Shown: in pieces, positions 1 through 8,829 of the stretch
Layout: each line of letters begins with the position of its first letter
How positions within the stretch are numbered: position 1 is the stretch's first letter
NCBI GenBank assembly: GCA_964472675.1
Contig: CAYYLO010000005.1
Location: 1 to 61,821 of the forward strand
Direction: 5' to 3'
Source: an uncultured Gammaproteobacteria bacterium
Lineage (GTDB): Bacteria > Patescibacteriota > Microgenomatia > UBA8517 > UBA10165
Length of the DNA stretch: 61,821 bases
The notes under the pieces: model-generated
The model's database searches: none
What the model saw: the letters and a program-made list of their open reading frames with translations, nothing else
Told to the model about the DNA's origin: nothing
Translations under genes and position numbers: made by a program

Positions 1-614
1 TCTTTTAAGGTTGGGCCAGTCGTCCAGACATCGTCGAATAGGATTATCTTGTTAAACTGCTTTATTGTTATATTGCTGGCAAGCGAGAAAATCCCCTGCA
101 CGTTTTCTTGGCGCTGCCTCCCTTTAAGCCCCACTTGATGTTTGGTATTTTTGGTGCGAATCAATATCTCTTTAAATTCCCAACCCATTTGTTCCACAAT
201 TAATTCCCCCGCACTTTTGACTTGATTAAACCCCCGCCAGTTTTCGCGTTTCCAATATAAAGGTATGGGCACCAAAGTGTTTTGGCCTTTTAACCAGGAG
301 GGGTAAGATTTAGACAGTTCTGGAAACACGCCGTGCGCCAAATCATAGGCTGCCTCCTCCACAAACCTGTATTTAAGCTGAACAATAAGTTTTCTTGGGA
401 CGCCTGTATATTCCCAAACTGAAAATAACCCTTCGGGAGCAATTCTGCTTTTACATCTGATGTGGGTTATCCCGTCAATTGAAGCCCGTTCACAAATTGG
501 ACACACATGCGGAAAGGTACGCTTTGCCTGCGCTGCACAATTTTGGCAAAAATATGTGCCATTTTTACCACACCCCACACAACGTTTGGGAAACAAAAAA
601 TCAAAAATACCCAC
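1..614 (-). CDS. comF: ComF family protein (zinc ribbon + phosphoribosyltransferase-like), 3' end runs off the window
   Basis: Manual translation from GTG at 614: CVGC/CQNC/CPIC zinc motifs, RGFNQ motif and IILFDDVWTTGPT PRT motif; not in the ORF track. Confidence 0.9.
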   Translation of the reverse strand, partial: MGIFDFLFPKRCVGCGKNGTYFCQNCAAQAKRTFPHVCPICERASIDGITHIRCKSRIAPEGLFSVWEYTGVPRKLIVQLKYRFVEEAAYDLAHGVFPELSKSYPSWLKGQNTLVPIPLYWKRENWRGFNQVKSAGELIVEQMGWEFKEILIRTKNTKHQVGLKGRQRQENVQGIFSLASNITIKQFNKIILFDDVWTTGPTLK

Positions 615-619
615 AATTT

Positions 620-627
620 AGTATACT
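620..627. promoter_or_regulatory. Palindromic AGTATACT giving a TATACT -10 box on both strands
   Basis: Lies in the 21-nt gap between the divergent comF and smpB start codons. Confidence 0.6.
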
Positions 628-635
628 TGTCATAT

Positions 636-1082
636 ATGAAAATATTAAATAGACGTGCCCGACGCGATTATCAAATTTTGGAAACATTCGAGGCTGGTGT
701 TTCTTTGCTGGGAGCAGAGGCCAGGGCGTTAAGAGATGGTCGCGGAGATATCAACGCCGCTTACGGCAGAATCAAAGATAATGAGGCCTATTTGATTGGA
801 GCCAACATTCCTGCGCATATTACCACCTCAGTAAAAGATTACGATCCGCTGCGCACAAGAAAACTTTTACTACACAGAAGAGAGCTTCTCGCTTTAGGCA
901 CAAAAATAAAGCAGCAAAACTTGAATTTGATACCTCTTTCGGTGTACAATAAAGGACCTTTGGTAAAGGTTCAATTAGCCTTAGCTAAAAGCAAAAAGCA
1001 GTTCGAGAAAAAGGAGGCTAAAAAGCGCCGCGACATAGCGCGCGAGGCTGAAATTGAAGCCAGAGGTAAATGGCGAGTTTGA
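636..1082 (+). CDS. smpB: SsrA-binding protein
   Basis: NRRARRDY, EAGVSLLGAE, RTRKLLLH and KVQLALAKSKK motifs; adjacent to tmRNA; start moved to ATG 636. Confidence 0.97.
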   Translation: MKILNRRARRDYQILETFEAGVSLLGAEARALRDGRGDINAAYGRIKDNEAYLIGANIPAHITTSVKDYDPLRTRKLLLHRRELLALGTKIKQQNLNLIPLSVYNKGPLVKVQLALAKSKKQFEKKEAKKRRDIAREAEIEARGKWRV

Positions 1083-1102
1083 TGTTTCGTCTGTTTGTCA
1101 AC

Positions 1103-1125
1103 CAAAATTTGCAAAGCAAATTTTG
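1103..1125. repeat. Perfect hairpin CAAAATTTGC-AAA-GCAAATTTTG between smpB and ssrA
   Basis: 10-bp inverted repeat read directly; further small hairpins (TTGCGAAAGCAA) follow. Confidence 0.6.
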
Positions 1126-1190
1126 AGAGGAAACTCACACGAAAGCCGGAAGTTGCGAAAGCAACGAAGGCGGAAGTGTAGAGTTGACGA

Positions 1191-1556
1191 GGGGATGATA
1201 GGCATCGACGGGAAAGTACTTTGACACGTTGCAAGCCGAGGATGACTAAGCACTCGTTAAATCATAGTCAAAAATATAAAAGGCACGGATTATTCCGCAG
1301 CCCGAGTCACAACTTACGCATACGCGTACGCTTAAACTCGCATCCACACTTAGTGCGTCTGGTTGCTCAAGTGCTGGGTGTCAACTTTTACCAGAACGCA
1401 ACCGGTTATCTGATCAGTACCGGCCAAGATTTGATCTTTGCAGGGAAACCAACTTTGGTTTGCTAAAGGGTTTCTTGCGAGAAAAAATAGCAAAATAAGC
1501 TTGTAGATACGTTTAAAGATCTTGCTCGGATGAGGGTTCAATTCCCTCCATCTCCA
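1191..1556 (+). ncRNA. ssrA: tmRNA (one-piece)
   Basis: 5' GGGGATG pairs with 3' CATCTCC-A including G3.U70; T-arm GGTTCAATTCC; internal tag ORF 1282-1335 GTDYSAARVTTYAYAYA*. Confidence 0.95.
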
Positions 1557-1559
1557 CAC

Positions 1560-2097
1560 TTAAAGCCTCTGTTGGAATCTTAGGTTAATCAAATTGAAGT
1601 CAGGACGTATTAGAGAAATCGTATAACATCTGGTCTTTTTACCTCTGTCTTGAAAAATAACAGGTAAGTATTCAACTTCGTGGAATAATGACCAGGGAAA
1701 ATCCCTGCTGTTGGCAGTCATTATTAACGAACCAGTCAATATTGCAGTGGAAGCTATAAACTTATCACCGTGGTCGACGCTATTAACTTCAGCTCCTTCT
1801 GCTTTCATTATGTTATCAAGTCGCGCAGCAGCAACCACGACGTTTTCATCTAAATAATATCTTAAGTATGGTTTTAGAATATTTAGCATTTTATCTTCTT
1901 TGCTGGCCGTGTTTCCTCTTAGTAGTTCATATAAAGTGATATCTGAGTAAGCAAATCCAAATCCTCTCTTTAATAAATCTTCTGTAGGAAATTATATGCG
2001 GGCCTAGTTCTTTTTCACCAAGATAGGAAAAAACGTTAGTGTCAAGAATAACTCTTTGCTTAGGTGAATTTGCGTCAGAAGATTCGTCAGGAGACAT
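1560..2097 (-). pseudogene. PIN-domain (VapC-like) toxin, frameshifted
   Basis: ATG 2097 frame gives VILDTNVFSYL and then stops; a second frame continues EDLLKRGF...ITLYELLRG...DKFIASTA...LIMTANSRDF; shift near 1975-1990. Confidence 0.75.
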
Positions 2098-2287
2098 CGT
2101 AATTCAGTGGGGAAGGGAAAATTCTCTTCCCAGAAGCTTTTTTAAGAGTTTCAATAAACTCTCTGTCAGATTTCTCACTTTCATTGTTCTCGACGGCCTG
2201 CTTATTTATTTTTACAACAGGGACGCTAGGTAAAGATACTGTACCTCCAACCTTTTCTGGTTTAACTTTGTTTTCCTTGCCGACCAT
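2087..2287 (-). CDS. Small charged protein, putative antitoxin
   Basis: 66 aa, overlaps the PIN start by 11 nt, TAAAAT 5 nt upstream of the ATG. Confidence 0.5.
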   Translation of the reverse strand: MVGKENKVKPEKVGGTVSLPSVPVVKINKQAVENNESEKSDREFIETLKKASGKRIFPSPLNYDVS

Positions 2288-2327
2288 AGCTTATTTTAGC
2301 ACATCAAGCCACACCAAACCTCAGTAC

Positions 2328-4106
2328 TTACCTTTTTAGAGGAATTGAGAAAATTTTGTTGTTAACAAGAAGAAAAATCTTTTTGTCAGAGCTGGAAACT
2401 ACCATTCCACTGGCCTGCCTGGCCTCGTCAACCACATATTCAAATTTATAACTGCCGGTTTTATCAAGCTCTACAATACGCCCCAAACCCCTGTCCAACA
2501 CATACAATGAATCCAACGATGGATCAGTGTAAATAGCTGTGGCTTCCCCAAAAGGACGGGGAAGGTCTAAAATACGGAAAGAGTCTTTTGTCCCCCTTGC
2601 ATACCTGGTAATATTTCCATCAGAACCCAAAACATATATTGACCCGTCTATCGTCCAGCTTTTGGTTTCCCTCACCAAATCCAGGGAATCACTTTTAAGC
2701 CACTCCTGTTTGTCTCCAAAACCGTTCGTTATCCCAGGATACTTCCAAATAACTCCGCCCTTTTCCAACAAATAAAGATTTGAGCCAAAAGCCGCAATCT
2801 TTACAGGAGAATTCCACTGGCTGTCTGCCGGAATAATTACTTTCCCTCCGGTTTTATCAACTTCCGAAACCCCATCTTTGCCTAGAACATATGTCCTCCC
2901 GTCAACATTTGACACAGACAAAGGACTTGTTGCCTTGCCCGAAACCGTAGTTTCTTTATTTTTGCTGCCCACAAACACAACACGCTCACCTTGAATATCT
3001 AAAACGGCCATTGTCCTGTTGCTAAACGCTAAATCAGAGGCGCTAATATCCTGTCTAAAAATGGTCAGGTCGGTAAAGGGTGTGGCAGGAACATGAGATT
3101 GTCCCAAAATCTCCGATTCTTGAGAATCAAGTTCACTTTTAAGTTGATCTAGAGCTGGATCGTCAACCCCTTCTTCTTTCAGGGAAGTCAGAATTGCCTT
3201 AGCTTGCGTAAAAAAATCACGGGACTGTAAGATGTTTGACCCTTTTAAGGAGACAGCATCACTATAAAGCACTTGTGCACGGCTTAAACGGTCCTGATAT
3301 GAGGCTTTGTAATCCCGAACTCCTTTTTGTTTTATCCCAAAAAAGATACTGACACTCAATAAAACTAAAAGTACTGTGCCAACATAAAAAGCCGTTCTTC
3401 GGGAGGCCGAGGGAATGCCTGGCGTAAATTCACGCTCAGGCAGCATGTAAGCAAATTTAACCAATAGCTTCTTAAAAATACTTGGCTCTGCACAAGTTTT
3501 GACGGCAAGAACAGGCATGGTTTGTACTTCTTCAGCAGAAACTGACACAACTTTAGCTTTAACCACTACTCCTCCGGCTTTAGGGTCATCACTTCTGTGG
3601 ATAAGGGGACTTATGGCGTCAGCAACTTCATCAGCCGTACTTTTACCCTCAAATATTTCTTCTAAATTTCCCACTAAAGCTCTATTGAAGAATTCAGCCG
3701 TACCCAACAGGAACAAATCTCCAGAATCTAAACGTCCCGAGAAATTGTCAGAATTCAGACGATAAGGTTTTTGGCCCCTGACCGCCCAGATTTCAGCCAA
3801 ACCCCGCTTGGCAAAATAAATGTGGTCACCTGAAACTATGCAAGCAGCAAAACCCGGATTGTTGCTTCTAAATGTTGAGTATAATCTTTCTACTATCGAA
3901 GATGTATTTTGAGCTATGCTACTTGATGATAAGCACTCCGCCTGAAGAAGAGAGAGAGCCTCGTGGCCACTTTCGATTGCGGATGTAGCATCAGCTTCCC
4001 CACCTGCTTCCAAGGATAACAAAACTACCAGCCCATCCTTTTCATAAACCTGCGTCCAGGCACGCCTTGTAGCATTTAGAAGAATCTTGGCAGTGAGAAC
4101 GGGCAT
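2328..4106 (-). CDS. Membrane protein: degenerate PP2C-like N-domain, TM, extracellular beta-propeller
   Basis: GDLFLLGTAEF resembles the PP2C core; TM AFYVGTVLLVLLSVSIFFGI; repeated IDGSIYVL/NLYLL/SLYVLD blades. Confidence 0.6.
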   Translation of the reverse strand: MPVLTAKILLNATRRAWTQVYEKDGLVVLLSLEAGGEADATSAIESGHEALSLLQAECLSSSSIAQNTSSIVERLYSTFRSNNPGFAACIVSGDHIYFAKRGLAEIWAVRGQKPYRLNSDNFSGRLDSGDLFLLGTAEFFNRALVGNLEEIFEGKSTADEVADAISPLIHRSDDPKAGGVVVKAKVVSVSAEEVQTMPVLAVKTCAEPSIFKKLLVKFAYMLPEREFTPGIPSASRRTAFYVGTVLLVLLSVSIFFGIKQKGVRDYKASYQDRLSRAQVLYSDAVSLKGSNILQSRDFFTQAKAILTSLKEEGVDDPALDQLKSELDSQESEILGQSHVPATPFTDLTIFRQDISASDLAFSNRTMAVLDIQGERVVFVGSKNKETTVSGKATSPLSVSNVDGRTYVLGKDGVSEVDKTGGKVIIPADSQWNSPVKIAAFGSNLYLLEKGGVIWKYPGITNGFGDKQEWLKSDSLDLVRETKSWTIDGSIYVLGSDGNITRYARGTKDSFRILDLPRPFGEATAIYTDPSLDSLYVLDRGLGRIVELDKTGSYKFEYVVDEARQASGMVVSSSDKKIFLLVNNKIFSIPLKR

Positions 4107-4110
4107 ATTT

Positions 4111-4326
4111 TTACAGCAAGATAAAGGCAAGAACTAGTACTGCCAACGCAAAAATAAAATGCGCCCAGGATAACGTGCGCACTAAACTTTCAAGGCCAAT
4201 TTCTAGAGTTTGGGTCATGAGGTATGTCTGTTTTACTGTAACCGCAGCAAAAACAACATACACAGAAAATGCGACAAGATAAAAAACTTTCACCAAAAGC
4301 CAAATTGATGCTGATTCAAATATCAT
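4111..4326 (-). CDS. Small 2-TM protein (DUF5657-like)
   Basis: 71 aa, two hydrophobic helices around VKQTYLMTQTL. Confidence 0.6.
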   Translation of the reverse strand: MIFESASIWLLVKVFYLVAFSVYVVFAAVTVKQTYLMTQTLEIGLESLVRTLSWAHFIFALAVLVLAFILL

Positions 4327-4919
4327 ATGTTTCCCTTATTGCGCTGCAAATCTTGCAAGATGTTTGTTACTTGCGCCGGATTAGGAACATTTTCAAAATT
4401 AAAGTTAGGAAGGGCTCCGGCCGTTTGGATTTCAACATTGCCAAAGTGGAAAAACGTCCCAAGCAAACCTCCCACTTTATAAGTTATTTCCTGAATGTTA
4501 TCCAAGCGAGCGTCGGAGATTTCCCTATAAATAAGGGTATAGAAGTCAACATCCACTATCCTTCTGTTTGTAATGATATTCACGTTAAAAAACCAAGTGA
4601 GCGCGCCCTGGATAAAAACAGCAGTTGTAAACAGATACCAAAGCACAACTGTTGCTAGTTGAAACCTTCCCGGAAACGCAGATATCCCGGGAAAAAAATT
4701 TAGAAGTGTGGGGGCAAGCGCAAGAAGAATAACTAGTAAAATCCAGGGGAGGTTGGTTATCGGGTGGCGACGAAGCAATAGAATTACCTGCTCGTCATCA
4801 TCCTGGTTCTCAAATTTTGCTTTTTTGGGAAGATAAAAAAATGCAGACAAAGGATTTCCTCCTTTTTTTACTGCGCTTCCGTTTGTATTCTTTTGTTCAG
4901 AAACGTAAAGATCAGGCAT
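4323..4919 (-). CDS. Membrane protein with bacterial PH domain
   Basis: LRRHP, 2 TM, ITNRRIVD, LDNIQEI, FHFGNVEIQTAG, VPNP motifs. Confidence 0.8.
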   Translation of the reverse strand: MPDLYVSEQKNTNGSAVKKGGNPLSAFFYLPKKAKFENQDDDEQVILLLRRHPITNLPWILLVILLALAPTLLNFFPGISAFPGRFQLATVVLWYLFTTAVFIQGALTWFFNVNIITNRRIVDVDFYTLIYREISDARLDNIQEITYKVGGLLGTFFHFGNVEIQTAGALPNFNFENVPNPAQVTNILQDLQRNKGNI

Positions 4920-4960
4920 GGGTTTATGTTATTCTACACCACTACAAGCCTTCGATACAA

Positions 4961-6667
4961 TTAGCGCCTCTCGATATTAAAAAGCGGTCCGACGATTTGA
5001 ATATTTCCCGGCGCACGCAAATTGAAGAAAGTCTTAAACTCATCTCCCGAGAAAGTATCGGCTCCGGCATCTCCGGAAACGGAAACAGAGTTTGTTTTGC
5101 CCATACCAGTATCCCAATCAGAAACTGAAACGCTGCTTATAGAGTTGTATGGAGTAATTCCCCGCGAGGAAAGTTCCTGTTTGACTTTACCCTGGTCCCA
5201 AGTGTCACTGTCTGCTTTATCAGGTTGAGAAAGATGGGGTTGCGTCCCAGAATCGGCTTTGGCTAATTTTAAGCTGTTTACAATATCTGCAACCTCATCA
5301 CTTTTTAGCCAGGCGCTCTTGTTGTACTCTTTCCGGTAACCTTGAGCGGCATAAAAACAAGGCGAATCTTTGTCATAGGCTAGGCTGTTAAGATCCCCAA
5401 AGCTGCCCACGTCGCCTGATGTGTCTCGCATCCTTTTGGTCCAGGAAGTTGGGGACCACCCAATATCTGCAGAGGCCAGCTCATACCCGCCAAAAGTCGA
5501 AGCATACCATGCTGTAATCGGCGACCCTCCCGATGTTAGTATTTCTCCTTCGGTTGCCCTAACTGCCTGCTCCCAGTTTCCCCCGCGGTTTGAACCTTTG
5601 TAGACCTGGCAAGCCTGTGTTGTACAAATAGATTTTGCTCCCCCATTTGTGTAAGACCACGCATAAGAACGGGCAGCTACTGCCTGGGCCTTCAGAGCCT
5701 CAATCGGCCAATCCCCCGGCATTTCGGCAATACCTAAAAGATAAGTCTCCATAGTCAAATTCCCGTATCCATTGACCGAAATTGTAATATTGCCTTTATT
5801 CTCAAAACTTACACCCTGGTAATAAACATTTAAAATATCTTTATAATTTTGACCGGCTTTTGCCCTCCCATAAGCTCCATATTGATTTAAACCAACACGG
5901 TGCGGAATGCCATATGTATAGAAAGCAAAGCCTGGTGAAAATCCCGGGTCAATTTTTCTGTCATCCGTACACAACAAAGGACCGGCGCCTAAAGAGGTTG
6001 GCAGACGAAGACTAGCCAACTTTGCCGCAATTAAGTTTTTCTGCTTTTGGGTTAAACCTTGGATATATTTTTCAACCTTAGCCACTTCCCCTGCTAAAAA
6101 GTCCGCGTTTTTATTTAAAGAACTTTGGGCTGTTTGAAGAGAAGTTCGATTTTGAGTCAATGTCTGCTTATCCTTTTCCAAATCATTTATTTCCTGGGCA
6201 ATTTTTATAATATCCTGTTGGTCCTGGGCAATAACTCTTGAACGGATGGCAATTTGCTGTAAAAGATCTGTGGCTGTATCAGCTAGCAAAAATGGGACCA
6301 GAGGATCTTGTTGGCGCAAAACCATATAGTGGCGTTTAGTTTTTTCTTCAAACAACTGCTGGCGAACCGCCAAACTCGTTTCCCTGTCTTCTAGGTTTTT
6401 CTCAACCGTATCCAGCTGGCGCGACAGGCTACTTATTTTTGCGTTCAAGCTGTTTATTTTAGTACGAAGACTGGCCAGTTCTGCTTTGTTTTTATCATGC
6501 GCCGGCTTTATTTGGTCAATTTCTCTTTGAATCTGGTCAATTTGGCATTGAAAAGATTCGGCATTGTTGGCATTGGCGCAATCAGCATGCGCAGAAGAGG
6601 AAACAAAAAGCAAAAAACAAAAAGCAAAAATAGGAGTTAATAAAGACAGGTAAAATCGGTTTTTCAT
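4961..6667 (-). CDS. Secreted coiled-coil + SpoIID/LytB peptidoglycan hydrolase
   Basis: Signal peptide, long heptad region, EMPGDWPIEALKAQAVAARSYA, HRVGLNQYGAYGRA. Confidence 0.85.
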   Translation of the reverse strand: MKNRFYLSLLTPIFAFCFLLFVSSSAHADCANANNAESFQCQIDQIQREIDQIKPAHDKNKAELASLRTKINSLNAKISSLSRQLDTVEKNLEDRETSLAVRQQLFEEKTKRHYMVLRQQDPLVPFLLADTATDLLQQIAIRSRVIAQDQQDIIKIAQEINDLEKDKQTLTQNRTSLQTAQSSLNKNADFLAGEVAKVEKYIQGLTQKQKNLIAAKLASLRLPTSLGAGPLLCTDDRKIDPGFSPGFAFYTYGIPHRVGLNQYGAYGRAKAGQNYKDILNVYYQGVSFENKGNITISVNGYGNLTMETYLLGIAEMPGDWPIEALKAQAVAARSYAWSYTNGGAKSICTTQACQVYKGSNRGGNWEQAVRATEGEILTSGGSPITAWYASTFGGYELASADIGWSPTSWTKRMRDTSGDVGSFGDLNSLAYDKDSPCFYAAQGYRKEYNKSAWLKSDEVADIVNSLKLAKADSGTQPHLSQPDKADSDTWDQGKVKQELSSRGITPYNSISSVSVSDWDTGMGKTNSVSVSGDAGADTFSGDEFKTFFNLRAPGNIQIVGPLFNIERR

Positions 6668-6747
6668 CGATGCTTGATGTTTCTGCTTACTTAAGTATAC
6701 CAGCACAGTTACAGTCTAAGTTCGCAGTCCAAGTACAGGAGTTTGAA

Positions 6748-7113
6748 CTATTCTTTTAGTTCCGTGGTCAGTGGTGAAACATCTTCATCGTGCGCTCTCA
6801 AAACTACGATTTTCCCCGCCATATCTTCGTCTTTTCTAAGCAATCTATCAAACGCCAGTGTCAATGTAGAAGCCTTACTTTGTGGAACCTTTAGAAGAAC
6901 AACTGCGTAAATCGTGTTTTTTGCATAGTCTTCAAAATCAGAGTCGTTGGTAACCAAAACGCGCTTTTCTTTTTTAGAAATCGCTGCTAATTTGGAGTCT
7001 GGAGCTGATTTTGGCGCCAAGAGTACATCAAAACCGCCTGCTTTTAAAAAACGGGCAAGGTCAATTCTTACATTCTCATCGAGAAGAAATCGCCGATTGG
7101 GTGTTGACAACAA
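6748..7113 (-). CDS. DUF5615 family PIN-like toxin
   Basis: FLLDENV, RVLVTNDSDF. Confidence 0.85.
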   Translation of the reverse strand: MLSTPNRRFLLDENVRIDLARFLKAGGFDVLLAPKSAPDSKLAAISKKEKRVLVTNDSDFEDYAKNTIYAVVLLKVPQSKASTLTLAFDRLLRKDEDMAGKIVVLRAHDEDVSPLTTELKE

Positions 7114-7333
7114 CGTAACCTTCTCGAGTTATAGAACTGGCATAGTCAAGTGCAGCTTTTATATGTTTGGGGTTGAGCGCCGGGAAGGCTTCAATTATTT
7201 CCTTCTCTCCTGCCCCTTCAGCCAACATCTCCAAAACTTGCCAAACCATTATCCTCGTTCCTTTAAGTGTGGGCTTACCATGGCAAATTTTCGGATCAGC
7301 CACGATGTATTTATTAATTACAACTTTTTTCAT
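7076..7333 (-). CDS. DUF433 family antitoxin
   Basis: DPKICHGKPTLKGTRIMV...IKAALDYA; overlaps the toxin gene. Confidence 0.9.
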   Translation of the reverse strand: MKKVVINKYIVADPKICHGKPTLKGTRIMVWQVLEMLAEGAGEKEIIEAFPALNPKHIKAALDYASSITREGYVVVNTQSAISSR

Positions 7334-7430
7334 GCTTACATTGTAGCACAAAAATTCAAATCAGCTCGCAGAAAACGGGTCTATTGTGGTACACTTTGCA
7401 CAAACCTCTTCAAAAAGAGGGCCTGTTTGT

Positions 7431-8462
7431 ATGAAAAAAATATTATCTTCACTTTTTATTGCCCTGCTTCTCCTGTCTATTTGGTCACCAAGGCAAATTT
7501 ATGCTGCTACATGCACCTATGAATTTGAACCCAAAGGACCCACAGCCGACAGGCCAGTTAAATTTATTATTTCCAACCCAGAAGGTTTTAACCAGGCCGA
7601 TCGATATCGTTTGAGGCTGACAAATACTTTTGGGGCAGATGACTGGATATCGGGTTTCTTTACTCCAATTAATGGAAAACTTGAGTTCCAGGCGGGAGGA
7701 CGAAGGGATGAAACCAAGGCAGGCACACACACCATCTCTGTTCGTGCAGAATCAGACAATCAAGATAGATGCACTTTCACTTACACCATTAAACCTCAAG
7801 AGCAAGGATGTAATGTGGTAAGAGAACCCAAAGGACCTGGCGTAGGCCAGTCAGCAAAATTAACTTTTTCTAATCTTGCCTTAAAACAAGGCGTAAACGC
7901 CGGCTGGGGCAGATGGTTTGCAGAAATAACCCCCCGAAGTAGTGGCTCCATAAAGGCTGTCAACGAAAAAGCAGGCGGTGTCGAAGTGGTGACAGGAGAC
8001 TTCAAGTCAGAAGGTAGCTACACAGTTACTCTTAAAGGACGCAGTGGTCTAAGTACTAAGGTGTTCTGCCAAACCATAGTCCGTGTTGCCCAAAATCCTG
8101 GGGATCAGTCTGCTTACACACTACAGCCGGGCGAATCCCAACCCACCTCTCCCAGCGAAATTAAACGCTGTGGAGATGATAACTCGGGCCTTTCCACTGC
8201 GCTCGGCTGCATACCAGTTGGAGATACTAATTCTTTTGTTGGGTGGTTTTTGAAGTGGGCACTTGGAATTTCTGGAGGAGTAGCGTTTTTATTGATTATT
8301 TTCGCAGGGTTTCAAATTATGTCTTCGACAGGCAATCCGGATAAAATTCAAGGTGGGAAGGAGCTCCTAAACGCAGCGATATCCGGTTTAATTTTGATAA
8401 TCTTTTCTGTCTTCTTGTTAAAATTAATTGGAGTAGATATATTAGGTCTACCGGGATTCTAA
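7431..8462 (+). CDS. Secreted tandem Ig-like domains fused to a C-terminal T4SS pilin
   Basis: Signal peptide, two C..PKGP...C beta-rich repeats, TALGCIP and GFQIMSSTGNPDKIQGGKELLNAAISGL pilin motif. Confidence 0.75.
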   Translation: MKKILSSLFIALLLLSIWSPRQIYAATCTYEFEPKGPTADRPVKFIISNPEGFNQADRYRLRLTNTFGADDWISGFFTPINGKLEFQAGGRRDETKAGTHTISVRAESDNQDRCTFTYTIKPQEQGCNVVREPKGPGVGQSAKLTFSNLALKQGVNAGWGRWFAEITPRSSGSIKAVNEKAGGVEVVTGDFKSEGSYTVTLKGRSGLSTKVFCQTIVRVAQNPGDQSAYTLQPGESQPTSPSEIKRCGDDNSGLSTALGCIPVGDTNSFVGWFLKWALGISGGVAFLLIIFAGFQIMSSTGNPDKIQGGKELLNAAISGLILIIFSVFLLKLIGVDILGLPGF

Positions 8463-8464
8463 AA

Positions 8465-8803
8465 ATGGAACTTGCGCAAGCAGTTACACCAGCAATAAAT
8501 TTTGATGTCTTGCAAGACAACTTAAACCAAACAGGTTACAATCCCCAGTTGAACACGCTCGGTGGAATCGTGAGCGCTTTTGTACCTTATGTTTTTGGTC
8601 TGGCTGGTATAGTTTTGTTTCTTTACTTCATCTGGGGAGGGTTTGGAATCATGATGTCCCATGGTGATCCAAAAGCCACCGCCGCCGGAAAAGACAGGAT
8701 AACCCACGCCGTCATTGGCTTTGTAATTATTTTTGCTGCCTTTTGGATTGTGCAAATATTAGGCTTGATATTAGGCATTCCGCAGTTTAGAAATCTCTTT
8801 TAA
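8465..8803 (+). CDS. VirB2/TrbC-like T4SS pilin
   Basis: GGFGIMMSHGDPKATAAGKDRITHAVIGF between two TM helices. Confidence 0.8.
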   Translation: MELAQAVTPAINFDVLQDNLNQTGYNPQLNTLGGIVSAFVPYVFGLAGIVLFLYFIWGGFGIMMSHGDPKATAAGKDRITHAVIGFVIIFAAFWIVQILGLILGIPQFRNLF

Positions 8804-8829
8804 GTTTGTGATACAATCTGAAACCTGAC

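Noticed and set aside
1221-1559. ORFs of 81 aa (+) and 69 aa (-, MWRWRELNP...)
   Set aside because: Shadow frames over the tmRNA gene
1530-7400. Prophage or ICE integrated at the tmRNA 3' end
   Set aside because: No integrase and no duplicated tmRNA end seen; downstream genes look like conserved CPR chromosomal genes
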